Assembly: GCA_964016885.1 (NCBI GenBank)
Contig: OZ024750.1
Span: 23,870,001-23,934,000 of the forward strand
From: Eledone cirrhosa
Taxonomy: Eukaryota
Length of the DNA: 64,000 nt
Direction of reading: 5' to 3'
Shown here piece after piece: positions 40,260 through 54,013 of this stretch. Numbering within the stretch: the first letter of the stretch is position 1; the number at the start of each line of letters is the position of its first letter. The notes under the pieces were generated by a model, which saw nothing but the letters and a program-made list of their open reading frames with translations, searched no databases and was not told the DNA's origin. A program made the translations under genes and the position numbers.

Positions 40260-40629
40260 AATATACATTTACATTTTATAGACGGAATTTACAGTAATTG
40301 ATCAGTTTCATTCTAGTTGTGTGTGATGATTCTCAACAGATGAAACAGGCCAGCCAGCCACTCACAGTAAGGGAATTATACCTTTAATTCCCTCACTTAT
40401 TACTAGAGTGGGCGATCTGATAAAATGTACCCAGTACACGCTGTAAAATGGTTGGCATTTGGAAGGGCATCCAGATGTAGTAACTATACCAAATATGGAA
40501 TGTATGAGCAAGATGAGGTCACTCTGACCCATTTACTTTCAGATCTGTGCCAACATAGGAACCAGGAGTAAAATAATGACAATATGCATATATATATATA
40601 TATGTATAAAATCAAGAATTAAACTTAAT

Positions 40630-40968
40630 GAGATGCAGGGTCCTAGGAGTAACGTTACTTGATAAAGTGCATAGCTCGGAGATCAGAGTTACTCCAGGTC
40701 GAGCTGCTACTGCTCCGATATTATGGGCATGTGGTTGGAATGTCTCGGGAAAGAATGGCTGGACAGATTTTACAGGCGAAACCAACAAGTGGTAGGAGAC
40801 CCAGAGCAAGATGGTTGAATAACATCGATGAGCTTGGCTGATCACGCTTGGGAATCCAGCTGGAGCAGTTGGAGATGGTTGCTTCTGACAGGACCTGCTG
40901 GGGGGAGTGTTTGAGGACTGTGCCCCCATAACGCTCTCAGGGATAAGTGGACGAAGAAAAGAAGGAGA
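40630..40968 (+). mobile_element. 3' fragment of the second RTE family with (GAA)n tail (also 16110-16380, 17810-17970, 30140-30445, 36570-36835)
   Basis: LLRYYGHVVGMSRERMAGQILQAKPTSGRRPRARWLNNI; tail aagtggacgaagaaaagaag. Confidence 0.8.
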
Positions 40969-41050
40969 GATGCAGGTTTTACTTTATGCATGGGAGAAGC
41001 ATTATCATGTCATCTTTATAGTGAGACAACCACTAGAAATAAGACCATAT

Positions 41051-41222
41051 ACAAGCCTTTGACAGGATACCAAGCCTGGAACAAGCCTTTGACAGGATAC
41101 CAAGTCTGGAACAAGCCTTTGACAGGATACCAAGTCTGGAACAAGCCTTTGACAGGATACCAAGTCTGGAACAAGCCTTTGACAGGATACCAAGTCTGGA
41201 ACAAGCCTTTGGCAGGATACCA
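41051..41222. repeat. 30-bp tandem repeat, about 5.7 near-identical units
   Basis: acaagcctttgacaggataccaagtctgga. Confidence 0.95.
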
Positions 41223-41553
41223 TGCTCCATAAGCTGGTAGCATGATAAAATATACTCAGTATGGTGTGAAGTGGTTGGTGTTAGGAAGGGCATCCAGCTA
41301 TAGAAATCATGCCAAAAGTGGAACATAGGTAAGACATGGCTTCCAGTAGGAGGAGAAAGGAGATTAAATAATGATGATATATATTCTTTTACTGGTTTTA
41401 GTCATTAGACTGTGGTCATGCTTGGGCACCACTTTAAAGAGATTATATTGACCCCCCAGTACTAAATGTTTTCAAATCTGGTACTTATTTTATGGTGTTT
41501 TGTTTCATTGAATTGCTGAGCCAAAGGACATAAACATAACCACAGCCACACAT

Positions 41554-41589
<36 letters not shown>

Positions 41590-41593
<4 letters not shown>

Positions 41594-41748
41594 GACAAGT
41601 TTAGGCAGTTTCTGTCTACCAAATTTCACAAGACATTGATTAACCCAGGCTATAGTGGAAGAAACTTGTCCAAGGTTCTACATAGGGGAGTGAAGCCAGA
41701 ACCACATGGCTGCAAAGCAAATTCTTTAACCACACAGCCATGCCTGCA

Positions 41749-41750
<2 letters not shown>
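41590..41750 (-). mobile_element. tRNA-derived SINE, family C (CORE-like; copies near 22113-22280, 26400-26510, 58305-58455)
   Basis: GGTGCAGGCATGGCTGTGTGGTTAAGAA...CCTTGGACAAGT...CTATAGCC...TTTGGTAGACAGAAACTG. Confidence 0.75.
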
Positions 41751-41798
<48 letters not shown>

Positions 41799-41899
41799 CA
41801 TACATGCGCACTCCCTGTGTATCTGGTTTAGAATAGACACATTGTATCCAGGTGTGTCATAGCTATAAAAAAGGACCTATCGTTTATGTATATATATAA

Positions 41900-42592
41900 T
41901 GATGAATCGTCAATGAACAGAGAAAAACTGGACATAAGAGGGGTCAGATGCATTGTACAGGAGAGGAGATTGCAGTGGTATGGACGACAGCTGTATAAAG
42001 AGGTGCAGGGTGTTGAAAGTCAACAGAAATTTTGGAAGAGGAAGACCTAGGAAATATATGGATGAAGTGATAAAAGCTGACCTCGCACATTTAAACCTCT
42101 CAAAGGAGATGACACAGGATCAAGATCCCTGGCGTGTAACTGTATTGCAGATGGGCTGCCTTCCAATGTGAACAGAATGGAACAAATATGTAGAAGACAC
42201 TAGTCTGCACCAATATTCTCCCCGATTTACCCTTCCTAGTCTTAATACCCACCTCCCATCAGCTAAATGTCCAACTCACCTCGTCCATCTTGCACACTCA
42301 TCCCTCCCTCCAATCTCATCCCTAATACATCTCTTCTATCCAATCCATGAATACAAGCATAGAAAGCTGAACACATTTGTTCCCTCGTGATGCTGCTGCC
42401 ATGACAAAAAAAAGTCATAAAGTCCATACTGTAACATGGTTGGCATTAGGAAGGGCATCCAGCTATAGAAACCAAACCAAAATAGAGTTCTGTATGAGCA
42501 AGACACGGTCACCTGACCTGACTTCTTTCATAATGTGACAACGCGCCTAACCCATTCAAGCATGAAAAAATGGATGTTAAATGATGATGATG
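41900..42592 (+). mobile_element. RTE 3' fragment with 3'UTR and GAT tail
   Basis: MDDSCIKRCRVLKVNRNFGRGRPRK..DEVIKADL; ends ggatgttaaatgatgatgat. Confidence 0.8.
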
Positions 42593-45099
42593 TATGTGGT
42601 ATGTTCAATAAGTAGTGAGAAAATTTCAAGAGACATTATCTATTTTCATAAGCTCACAAAATTTTGTCCCTTTGTAAATAATCAAATCCTACCTCCTGCC
42701 ACTAGAAAATGTACTACTAATTATACAAACTTGTCTATGACCTTTAACTGTATTCACTAATCATAAATGGTACATGGATGATATGTTCTAGGTGCATGTC
42801 TTTTTTAATATCAAGCTTTTCATTGCCGTAATTTAGATAATGTCAAGAATTTGGTGGGATTTAGCAATATAACTAACTTTCTCAGTATGAAGCTAATACA
42901 ACTTTCTTTTTATGAAGCTGGTGTTTGGAACACAATAATTAAAAGTTTTTACATGAAATTATAAACAGCTTTATATTATAGAGCAAGAGCTGATTTCAGG
43001 AAGTTTGATATCAAAAGGGTTAATTGTTAATCTAAACTTGGCATATACTGCGGAGAAACAGTCAATCAGTATCTACAAGCAAGTAAACTTCACTGTGAGT
43101 AACTGAATCACAATCATCCACATTTAGATGAAAGCATATAGGTTAGGTTGTGGGTTCGATTTCTGGATGAGCAGGCATATTGTGTCTTTGTTCAAAATAC
43201 TTTATTTCATGTTAATCCAATCTACCCAGATGAAAAAATGCGTACCAGTACCATCAGTAGGGTTTAACCACTGTAATGAACTGGTATGAAAACACTGGAG
43301 AAATTTCCTGAGATGAAACTTTGTAGGGGGATGCCAACTAAACCTACACAGCTGTGAGCTATAACATTACCATCATCATCATCATCCACAGATAGCAGCA
43401 AGTTGTAAAGCAGAGCAATGAAAGTCTTCTAATCAATGGATGTTGTTAAGAAGTTTGCTTCAGACCCATCAAGTAGGATCCCATTATATAGCACAAATAA
43501 TTTTCAATATCTCATATAAATGCCAGTGTTGTTATCAACAAATAGTCAGTGAAAAATATAGCAAAGAAGGTGGAAGCAAGCCAATCATTTTGCATTATTC
43601 CATTCTCAACAGAGATTGGTTCTAACACTTCTCCATTAACTCTAAACATCCTCTAATGATTTTGCAGAAAAATGTCGAAAAACTGATTTGTGAATTCAAA
43701 TGTTTATAGTATCTTTACTAGTAGACTGACCACCGAGAACATTTGCAGTTGTAGAGACTTTAATTCTTAATGTAATGCAATCAAAGTGCTGGTTTGTACT
43801 TTTCAAGAATGTCTTGCTAAAGCAGATTCATGTGGTACAGGACATCAGAGATAAAGGAAACCTATTCTTTCATGTTGGCATGCAAGGATCAAATAAGAGT
43901 AATAAACTTTTCAGAGCAACCGAACTTCAAGAGTATGCTTCAAAAGGCTTCCCTAATAACAGATTTTAATGCTTTGTGAAGTCTATGAAACATTAGTACA
44001 GGTTAAGTAGTTGCTCTATGCACTTCCGTTGAATCTGACAAGCTGTGAATATCATGTCTACTGTTCTACTATTAGGACGGAAACCACATAGTGATTTAAG
44101 CAGTTGGAGTTATAGACATAATAGAAAAAGAACACTTTCGTCAGTTCAGACCAAGAAAGCTATGTTACCATTGGTCTTTCTGTTGCTGACACTATCTGCT
44201 AGTCACAATTACTGGCAACTACAGAAACAATATGTGAAGAGAGGAAGTGATCATCAGATTGGTCCAAATAAATTATGTCCATTGGTCTTTCTATTGCTGA
44301 TACTATCTGCTGGTCACAGGTCACAACTCCCGACAGAGGTGTCACCAATTTTCCAGTAAAAGGAAGCCGGATTTGAACTCAGAATGAACAGATACTGCAA
44401 AATCTGAAACTTTAACAATTCTGCCAATCAACTAATTATGGACTTGTATTTTATTTATCAACCCCGAAAAGATGAAAGGCAAAATTGACTTCAGCAGGAC
44501 TCAAAAATAGAGGGCTGGAACAAATACCAAAGCATTTAATCTGAAACTCTAATCTCTATAGAGGTTTACACAGACAATTAAGCAATGTTGTGGCAAATCT
44601 TTTACAATGACAGTAAAGGGTATTTCATGGTGGTTACCATGAAGTACCTTTAATCTATTTTTATCTGGGGGATAAAACTGGTATCCCTCCAGCCTTGTGG
44701 TGGTTGTACCACGCATGTTGGAATATAGTTAGCAGCAGATTCACAATGCCTCCATCACATCCCTTTATCATTTCAGACAAAATACCTGCTTTTCTTGGGG
44801 CTTGACTGCTCTTCATGTTTCATCAAGTGTGAAATGAAAAATGAAAATTAAATTTATAGTTCACACATATGTAGGCTTAGCTGGCCTCTTACAGGGCTCC
44901 AACCCTATCATGAAAAACTATATGAAATGAATCATTTTATTTAAGAGCCAAATGCACAACCTAGTCCAGGAATTGCTTGTAAGCCCAACACCTTAATCAC
45001 TAGGCTACATATCTCCAAGTATGGGAGCTTGCTCCAGCCCAGTTAATTAGTTAAACACTGTCCCAAGCTTAGAGCTTATCTTCATATCATTGCTGATTG

Positions 45100-45310
45100 C
45101 ATAAGGTACTCCGCAAGATAGGACATCAGTTTGTCACAGGGTTAACGTCCAACTGCTGCTGACCGTTATATAAGGCTCTCCGCAGGATAGGACATTAGCT
45201 TGTCACAGGGCTAACATATCACTGCTGTTAACCAACTGGTTACATAAGGCTCTCCGCAGGATAAGACATCAGTTCGTCACAGGGTTAACTTCCAATTGCT
45301 ACTGACAGTT
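45100..45310. repeat. Three tandem units of about 70 bp at the end of a degraded SINE
   Basis: ataaggctctccgcaggataggacatcagtttgtcacagggttaac at 45101, 45170, 45244. Confidence 0.8.
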
Positions 45311-45946
45311 ATTTTTTACCCAGTGAACTGGAGCAATGTAAAAGAAAGTTACTGTTGAATCCAGGAATTAAATTCACGACTTTACACACTAACCACTACA
45401 CTGTGTGCCTTAATATCATAACTAACATATGAAACCTGGATCAACAGTTCTCTACAATGTTCTTTAATCTTGCCTAGTGCGGACTAGGTTTTTTTATATA
45501 GAGCTCTTTTGCTTAACCTCAGAGTTTGGGATCCCTGGAGAGAAACACTAGTACCACTAGTACAGACCCCAGTCTTGTCTTGGACTATAAACTGTTTGAG
45601 GTTGGTGATATATCATTTCAGAGTCTTTCTTGCCATATCATTTTTGAACAGTCCACACCTATGGTGGCTTAGATTGACTTCTACAAGGATATTTTAGTGT
45701 TTTAATGATAGGGGCCTTAGTCTCATGAAAAATGTACTTGGGTCTTGTTATCATTTTTATCCATACTTGGAGGCACATGGCTTAGTGGTTAGAGCATTGG
45801 CCTTGCAATCAAAAGGTTGTGAGTTCAATTCTCAGACTGGGTGATGTGTTGTTTCCTTGAGCAAGACACTTTATTTCACATTGCTCCAGTTTACTCAGCT
45901 GTAGAAATGAGATGATAGGGACTGGGATTCCCTATCATTCCACTAC

Positions 45947-46116
45947 AAAGTGGTCGTGGAGGTGCCACGGCAAAAAAGCACCCAGCACTCACTGTAAATG
46001 AGGTTGGTGTTAGGAAGGGCATCCAGCTGTAGAAATCAAGCCAGAATCAGTTCCCGTCCCACCCTTGCAAGCAGGGAAAAAGCGGACGTAAAATGAAATT
46101 ATGATGATGATGATGA
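45947..46116 (+). mobile_element. RTE 3'UTR fragment, same subfamily as 2086-2399
   Basis: Shares gtggtcgtggaggtgccacgg...aatcagttccc-tcccacccttgcaagcaggg...ggacgtaaaatg and the GAT tail. Confidence 0.85.
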
Positions 46117-46539
46117 CTTCTCAAGACAGCTCTGAGATGTGCATAGAATTTTTCAATTTCATCTTATGGGTTGACATGAATTGGAGTATACAGACCAATC
46201 AAAGTTATAAAGTATTGGAGTGCAAATGTAGGGACATTATCAGATCTAAGAAACCATGGCGCTGCTCACTAAGATGCGACACCAGATGTGACTTTATAGC
46301 AAAACTGACACCAAATCCTTAACATTCATTACAAACCCACCCTTTGTCCTTGTTGTTACAGCTGGTGAGATCTGACCCCAAGATGCTGAACTTCACAGAG
46401 TAAATAATAAAGAAATGTGACAGGTGGAGGAAAGCTAGAGGATTTGTCTAACTTATGCAAGCATGGAAAGACAGCCATAAAAATGATGATGGTTTCTTAA
46501 TGACCATCAATATAGCTTCCATAAAACCTACTGAATATC

Positions 46540-47400
46540 TACTGGAGACACATTCCCTTCCCTCACACTAGAGAAATTTGTTGTCTGAGATGCAAATTTC
46601 TTCTCAAAACTCCCTTCCTATGGGATTCATCTATCCGTCATCTCTGAACTTGCTACTACAGCATAAGCTGATAGTGCTTTCTACATTAACTCTGATGTGC
46701 CCTAGGGTTCAGTTTTGACACTCCCCTTCCACACACTCTTCTCTATATCAATGATCTACTTGCTGCCATGTTCATCAACACCCTCTCTTACACAGATGAT
46801 ACCACGTTCCATAACTATTCCCACAGTGCCATATTCATGCAACCTTCACATATTTCATGAATAGAGACCCAGAAAGCATCCTCTAATGGAGTTATGCCAA
46901 TCTCATAGGGATTCACAATTATCAAGGATCTTTTATGGAAGCTAGGACCACACCCCCAATGACTAGCTCTTCTCTTCAGGGGTCAGAAAATACTGCAACA
47001 ATTAATGGATCCTCTACAATGGTAAAGCGATGCTTACGATGAAGTATTGCTCCCACATTTAAGATAATGCCACTGTTAATTTTGATAGGTTTTGTCCAGA
47101 TTTGGCCCAGGCCATGTCTAACTTAATAGCATCACCTGTTGCTCACAATGATATCCTAAAGCACATCAAGAGAAAAGCCACTCTGTTAATTAGTACTAAG
47201 TTACAGACACTCTCCAGCTGTCTCTTCCTTATACCTCATTTACTGCTACTACAATAGTCTCTGTGTCCCATTTCCCAGAGTGTATGCCACCTCCTTTCAT
47301 CCCCCATGTTGTGTCCAATGCCCCAACTCCTTCCTGTCCAGAATGTTGACCATCTGGCACCCCCTCCCTGCTCATCCATTCCCCAAGAAATCGATTTGCA
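46540..47400 (+). mobile_element. Highly degraded CR1/Jockey-group LINE RT remnant
   Basis: Remnants NSDVP*GSVL, YINDLL, YTDDTT. Confidence 0.5.
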
Positions 47401-49499
47401 ACAATTTAATCAGAATATCAATGGCGACCTCACCAACCACCCGGAACCCTCATGACCAAGACTGGCAAGGGACAGAAATCGATGGAAGGAGTCCAGGTAG
47501 GGGCTCCTCCTCCGTGAGTGATTTCAAGACCCTGGATCAAGATCGATGGCATCAATCTCTCCGATTTGAGAGAGCCTGTGAAACACAAGGGCAGTGCCCC
47601 TTTCTCCAGATTTATTATTTATAAAACATTCATACACACACATATATAAATATGATTGTACCTATATATAAATATATTATGTGGGTAGCATTAAATATTA
47701 TCCAATTACAAATATATATAGATATATAGATACACACACACACATATATGTGTGTGTGTGTATACAGAGATATATATGTATGCGTAAACAAAATGTTCAT
47801 TCCCTTCTAAATTGTATGCAAGGGCGGTGCCCCAGCATGGCCTTAGCCGGATGGCTAGAACAGGTAAAAGAGTAAGTATAAAGATGGTACTATATAGATA
47901 AATATAAAAGCTGGCAGTATTTATGATACTACCTAGGACTTGTTAAACAATTAGCTATGAAAATAGTTATAATTCTCTTGAATGATAATAATAAACGTGG
48001 AAAGACGTCGGTATATAAATAACTGGAGTTGGAGTAAACAAAAGTGCATGGTTACTAGCTTAGTGTTTTATCAATGGAAAACTAGTAGATGAGAGGGATC
48101 TATAATGTACACACCCACCCAGAACATTAAAGGTATTCTCAATAGATCAGGTAGAGAGAGTGTAAGGAATATAACAGAACTAGTCCCGTAAAAGTCTACC
48201 GTATTTACATATCAGCTGCAGTCCAGGACCTCATTGTCCAGGGAGCCTCGTCCTGTTTTAAATATATATTGATGCACTTGGCGATTTTATTGGTGCTTGG
48301 CTAGCAACACCTGATCTAGTTTGTTTTGGTGGAGCCAATATGTAGAATGGCATAAATTTAGGACCAATACCTCCTAAGCCAGGCTGTGGAATTGGTCTGT
48401 AATATAGCTACTTAATTTCTTCTACATTCTCTGCAGTGAAGTGGACCCAACGTCATTTGAACACGCAACCAAATTTTCTCTAACCCAGGACCTTTAGTTT
48501 CTTTAATCCAGGCCTATATTCAAAGCACATCATATAACACATGGCATAAGAAGTTGATGTGTGGTGAGGTGGGCAGACAACTGTGGAGATTGTAAGTTCT
48601 ATCATTCACTAAAACGAACTTTTAGCTGAAATAAATAATATTTTAAAAACTTATACTTGCCTTTGATGTCAATAAAGACCGAATGATATTGAAATAAAAA
48701 AGATTTTATCATTAATTATCTTTCACTGTATTATCCTTTGTCCCCTAGCTCCGTTTTGATTCAGCAACGGAAATGGAGATCGTTTCTGTCTCTTGCTTTC
48801 ATAACACAACATTTAGAATGAATTCAGCTTTTAAGCTGCCATGAATAACATTTGATGCCGGCTTCAGTTTTCTAGACTTGAAATCTGAAGCTATCGTCTT
48901 TCTAAAACTGATTTAGTTGTCTTGATGGAATGAAGAGCTTAAACTCTATTGTTTTAGTGTAATTATTATTCTGATCGGTTAGATAAACATAAAAAAAAAA
49001 CTGTGAAGCTAGTATATATGAAAGAAACGAGCAAGTGTTACTAACGAGGCAGTCAAGTCACGGACATAATGTGTTTCACGCATACATACATAAACTTACA
49101 CACACACATATATATATACATACACATAGATGTGTATGTTACAAAGTACTCCCAGCGCATGCGTATTGACACCTACTGTTATGGCTAGCCACTGACCTCT
49201 TAGCGACACTCGTATCTCTATCCTACTTCCATGCTTTCACAATATTTCCACCGCTGCTGACTATTTTATTTATTCTGTCTCAACATTTTATTTGTGAACA
49301 CATTTTATTAGAAAAAGAGCGATAAAAAAATTATACAACTGTTTTTGAACACTTTTCAAATATATTCATATATATATATATATATATTTTCGTTTTCTCC
49401 ATTTAAAAAAATTGCATGTATGTGTATATAATGTGACGTTGAAATTTTTAATTAATTTTTATTTACATTACAGAAATTTATAAAATAATGATAGCAATG

Positions 49500-52400
49500 T
49501 AAAAACGACTGAAATATTGCAGAATAAATAAATGGAGGGAAAAATAGTGGAGTTCGGCGTGAAAGGTGAGTCTGCCATAGAACTGAAGATAGGAGATCAG
49601 CTGACCTCTTTTGACCAATCAGCAGTCACTTCAGCGCCATCTCCAAATTTTTGTTAGTGTCACTGTTTAAGCTAGTACTTGTATATTCTCATGGTGTATT
49701 TAAGCGCCTACTACTGTCGCTATATCGGCTAAACCTACAGTCATTTTATGAATTTTGTATTTGTAGAAATTCTACAAAGACATTTTACTCGCATTTGGAG
49801 TTAATATTGAACATTTAGAGAAAATTGTTCGTTATTTTCATTGATTTCGTTCAGCTTGTAATCATGTGATATCGATTGACCAATCAAAATTTTTGGTTGT
49901 GAAGCAAGCATATATAAAGCTGAAATGCGAGAGAATTGGAGTAATGCTGGCAAGGAAGCTCGCGCTGGTATTGGAAATCCGGCGTGGAAAATGGATACAA
50001 AGACCCATCCAGCTCTGCAAGGATATAAAACGAATGCTCCAAAAATGTCTAAAGGGTACTGAAATTATATTTTTGTTTTAGGAACTCAAAAAGTGCATTA
50101 TTTTAGCCATCCGAGGAGTGGGAAGCTCCATTGTAAGGTCCGCCATTGTTCGTAAGTAGGCTGCCGTTTCGACTCTCTTTTCTTGGTATTTATTTGAAGC
50201 GTCAACCTTAGGTTTCGATTTGCATATTTGTTCATTTGTTTTTGTAAAGATACATAGATCATTTTTGTATAAATATTATGCGTAAAAACGCCCTTTAAAA
50301 TATGTATTTTGGTTGGGATTTAAAAACCCTGGCCGCGGTCTAGAAAATAAAAATGTCGTTTTAACCGAATCAGCAAATGTCGTTATTTCTTCAACTATTT
50401 TCCATTTCTGAATGAAATCAGAAATGCTCGCAATTAAATTTTCTGCTAATTATTGATTTTATTTGTTGTAATTAACTGATCATTACTTCTTTTATACTCA
50501 TATTAAATATATTTTAAACATTAATGGATGGTTTCGACGTAAACAAGGGCAGACAAAGGTGGAGGGGGGGGGGGGAATATATAATGTACAGTCTATTGAG
50601 ATCCTTATTTTATTTGAATTTTCCCTATTTTCTCGCGTTATAAACTCGATTGTTTGGATCTTGTCTATCGCTACAGGCCGTGTCTTGCATTTCTATGTAA
50701 TCGACTATGTTCAGGAGGCAATTATACTTAAATAAAGCTTGTAAATTGAACCTCCATTTTATGGACATCAGGCATATATTTTAACAAGAAAGATGGTGTT
50801 GGTTGGAGAAGTGTTTTAATCTATCTGATGCAGTAAGGTGACAACAGAACTGTTCTAATGGTTCTATGTATGTAGTTGTATATGTTGTGAATGTGTGTGC
50901 TGCGGCGGTGTGTTAAAATCTATCTGGTCGTTAATGTTACATAGTAGTAGTAGTAGCTGCCACCATAGCTTCTTTGCTTGCCTCCATTTATTTCCTTCTA
51001 GATGTCTCTTGGATCTTTTTTCATTGGCCCCATTTATTTCACTCTGCAACTTTGATTCCGTAGAAGCTGTCCAACTTTATCGATGTTATTATCGCCCGTG
51101 TAAAGCTGATATTCTCTGTTTTGAGTTCGATCTAGTAGAAGGCGACGGATGTCAGCAACGAAGCGCGCCTCTTTCTTCATAACTCTTTAACGGTTAATGC
51201 TGGTATAAATATATATATGTGTATATTTTTATATATGGAGCCACTTTCCTTCACCACTAACATTATCTTTCAAATGTAACTTCGTTGGATTAACATTAGT
51301 TATATCTTTTTTACATGTTGCTTTGTTTGGTAAAATTATTCTAGATATACCGTGCTAAGGGGTCAGTATTTTAATTATTTCAAATTAAATACCGCTTACT
51401 ACTTTAGATAGAATCTGGCATCGATCACCATAATGGATCAATGTAATCGATAAATGATTGATGTTGCCGCCATGAACACACGTCTGTGTGATATGAAATA
51501 GCAGGCTTCAATTCTTACTGGGTTCTTGTTAAACTGTCCTGACCAGTGTACAAAGGATTTTTTTTTTAAAACAGGAAGTACTCTATCGCTTACATTGTCT
51601 GATTCACCGCTCAAACGTAGCTTTTTACTATTTTTCATTCACTTTTGACATGTCTTAGCTAGGATGGTTTGCTTTCTAATAGTTTTTCCTTGATCGCAGG
51701 TAGTATTTTAGATCTTTACACCTGATATAATGCAATGAGGTAATTGATTCTCTGAGTGTCTACCTTTATAAATGGGCGGACACACTTCCTAGTCCTTACA
51801 CGTGGTGTCACATCGCCATTTGGAAATGGGTACTCAAACGACCTCATTTCTACCAGTCTTCTATATATCTCGCGCTTTATTATTCACTCTCAAAACCAGT
51901 TTCCCCCACCTTTGATTTTTTTATAATAAAATCTTCACGTCTTTAATAAACTGTTTTCTGATTTTTTATTTATTGATTACCTACTGTCAACCGTAACTTA
52001 TTGATTTAGATTGGAATAAGAATTTCTAAATTTGGTGGGAAATGGAAATCGGATTTAGTTCATTTTATTCTGATGGGGGAACGAACTATTTAATAAATTT
52101 GTATTGTGGTGGAAGACTTCTTGTCTGTCATGTACTGTCAAATAAATATGAAGATAGCTCAGTGAATTTATATAAATCTGTGTGTATGTGTGTTGGTAGC
52201 TGAATTGTATGAAAGCCGGCCCAGCACGTTCATCTGTTGCCAGGGCCGGCCACATTATTACTACTGCTTATGTTAAGTAGGCCATCATCTTAAAACTGCT
52301 CTCTTTTACTCTGCCGCCAAATCACAAGCCCCCCTTCCCAGTCTCACTTTCTCTCCCAACCCTCCTGTTTTCTCTAGTTATATTATTATTATTATTATAT

Positions 52401-52650
52401 TTATTATTATTATATTAGTCTCGATTAGGATAACTCGTGCGATATAGCGAAATCTAATCGATTTCACAGACAGTTTTTATTCAGTTATTTTAAAGTAACT
52501 TCCCTCCTTCCCCGCCCATCGATGCATCAATCAAAGTAAGTGATTTGATAAACATTTCCTTCTTTCGTGGATGATAACAGATAGAAATCTTTTCAGATCA
52601 TTTATCGACCGCCATGTTTTTCTAACGTGTTTCTTACAATTATATATCAG
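49500..52650 (+). promoter_or_regulatory. Probable promoter and 5' non-coding exons of an unidentified + strand gene
   Basis: CpG visibly more frequent than in the flanking gene bodies. Donor AAG/GTGAGT at 49566; candidate exon 50082-50151 (ttttgttttag, then gtaagt); donor gtaagt at 52535; CCAAT at about 49616 and 49880; CGCCAT (YY1 core) near 49635, 50141, 51468, 51814, 52610. Confidence 0.5.
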
Positions 52651-53934
52651 TTGTATAAACAGCTGCCACTATATATAATATATATATGTATGTATTTTAC
52701 TAATTAACTTCTTAACCCGTTCGATACCATATTTCTACTGTAAGACACTGCGTATGATTTTCAAATGATTATGAAAATAATAAAAAAATTTGGAAATATT
52801 TGTTAATGAAAGATACTGTCTATGCTTTTAAATTATTCTGAAAATAATCAGGAATTGGGATTTTGTAATATAACCTATTATTTAGCTTTTGGAACATAAC
52901 TTATCAAAGGTTCTTATTTAAGATTATGCTGAGAGGTAAATATAAACACTTAAAAACAAATATCATTTTGTACCAATGAACTGGAGGGCGGTTTGGTAAG
53001 GGTTGGATTAAGCAATATTTCAAGACTGCGGCCAATTCCGTTAAATGGGGTTATTGGAAAAAACTCAACATGATTGTATTTGATTTATAAACTAGAATGA
53101 AAGTTTTATTGTGAATTGGAGAGAATATAAATAATTCTACACAATGGCTAATATATTTTAGCAATTAATGTTTCCTTTGATTGCATGAAATGGGATGCTC
53201 GTTTTATTTAGTGTGTGATATATAACGTATTCACTTAGCATTGACCGTCGCGACAATGAGTGCTCAATTCCATAGACATAGTTTTATAAAGGCCGAGTTT
53301 TGGTCTTGTTACTCTGTTGTTTTGCCTGTCAAGACAGGCGTAACTCCAGATTCTACTTAGCCTTAAAATTATATATGAACATTTTTGTCAGCTGAAGTTA
53401 AGAAAACCCATTATAGTTAAAATTTATTTCTAGCTATTTAATAATAGAAGGGTTAATATAATTACTGAATTTGTTCAAATAGTATGAATTACAAGAACTA
53501 GTTGGTGATATTTCTTTAACCCCAAGTTAACCAGATCGAATGGGCCTATGATCAAGACATTTAAGTCATGACCACCCGTCATTTTATGTAATATGTGTAT
53601 AACGGAAAAGGCACTGCCTATGTGTTTCATTTAATTTTGAAAATAATCGAGAATTTGGAAAGATTTAGTAATATTATTGACATTCTCATTAAGTTAGTGT
53701 TTGGAACTTGCCAAAAAAGGTTATTGAATAAAATTACAATAGGTTTGAATTTAAAATATGATCCCTTTAAAACGAAGGTTTTTTTAAATCATAGAACCAG
53801 TGGTGGGTTGGCAATCAAAGGTTATAGTAGAACATTTGTATTTTCTATTGAAATAGTCCAAATGACAAGGGTTAGAAGGCCGATGGTCAGACATTTTGGC
53901 CATGGCCATATTTTGTATATATGTATTTGTGTGA

Positions 53935-53973
<39 letters not shown>

Positions 53974-53974
53974 A

Positions 53975-54013
<39 letters not shown>

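Noticed and set aside
41051-41222. CRISPR-like 30-bp repeats
   Set aside because: Head-to-tail units with no unique spacers, no cas genes and a eukaryotic context
45769-45845. tRNA gene
   Set aside because: A/B boxes are present but there is no full cloverleaf and the sequence continues into a SINE body, so it is a SINE head.
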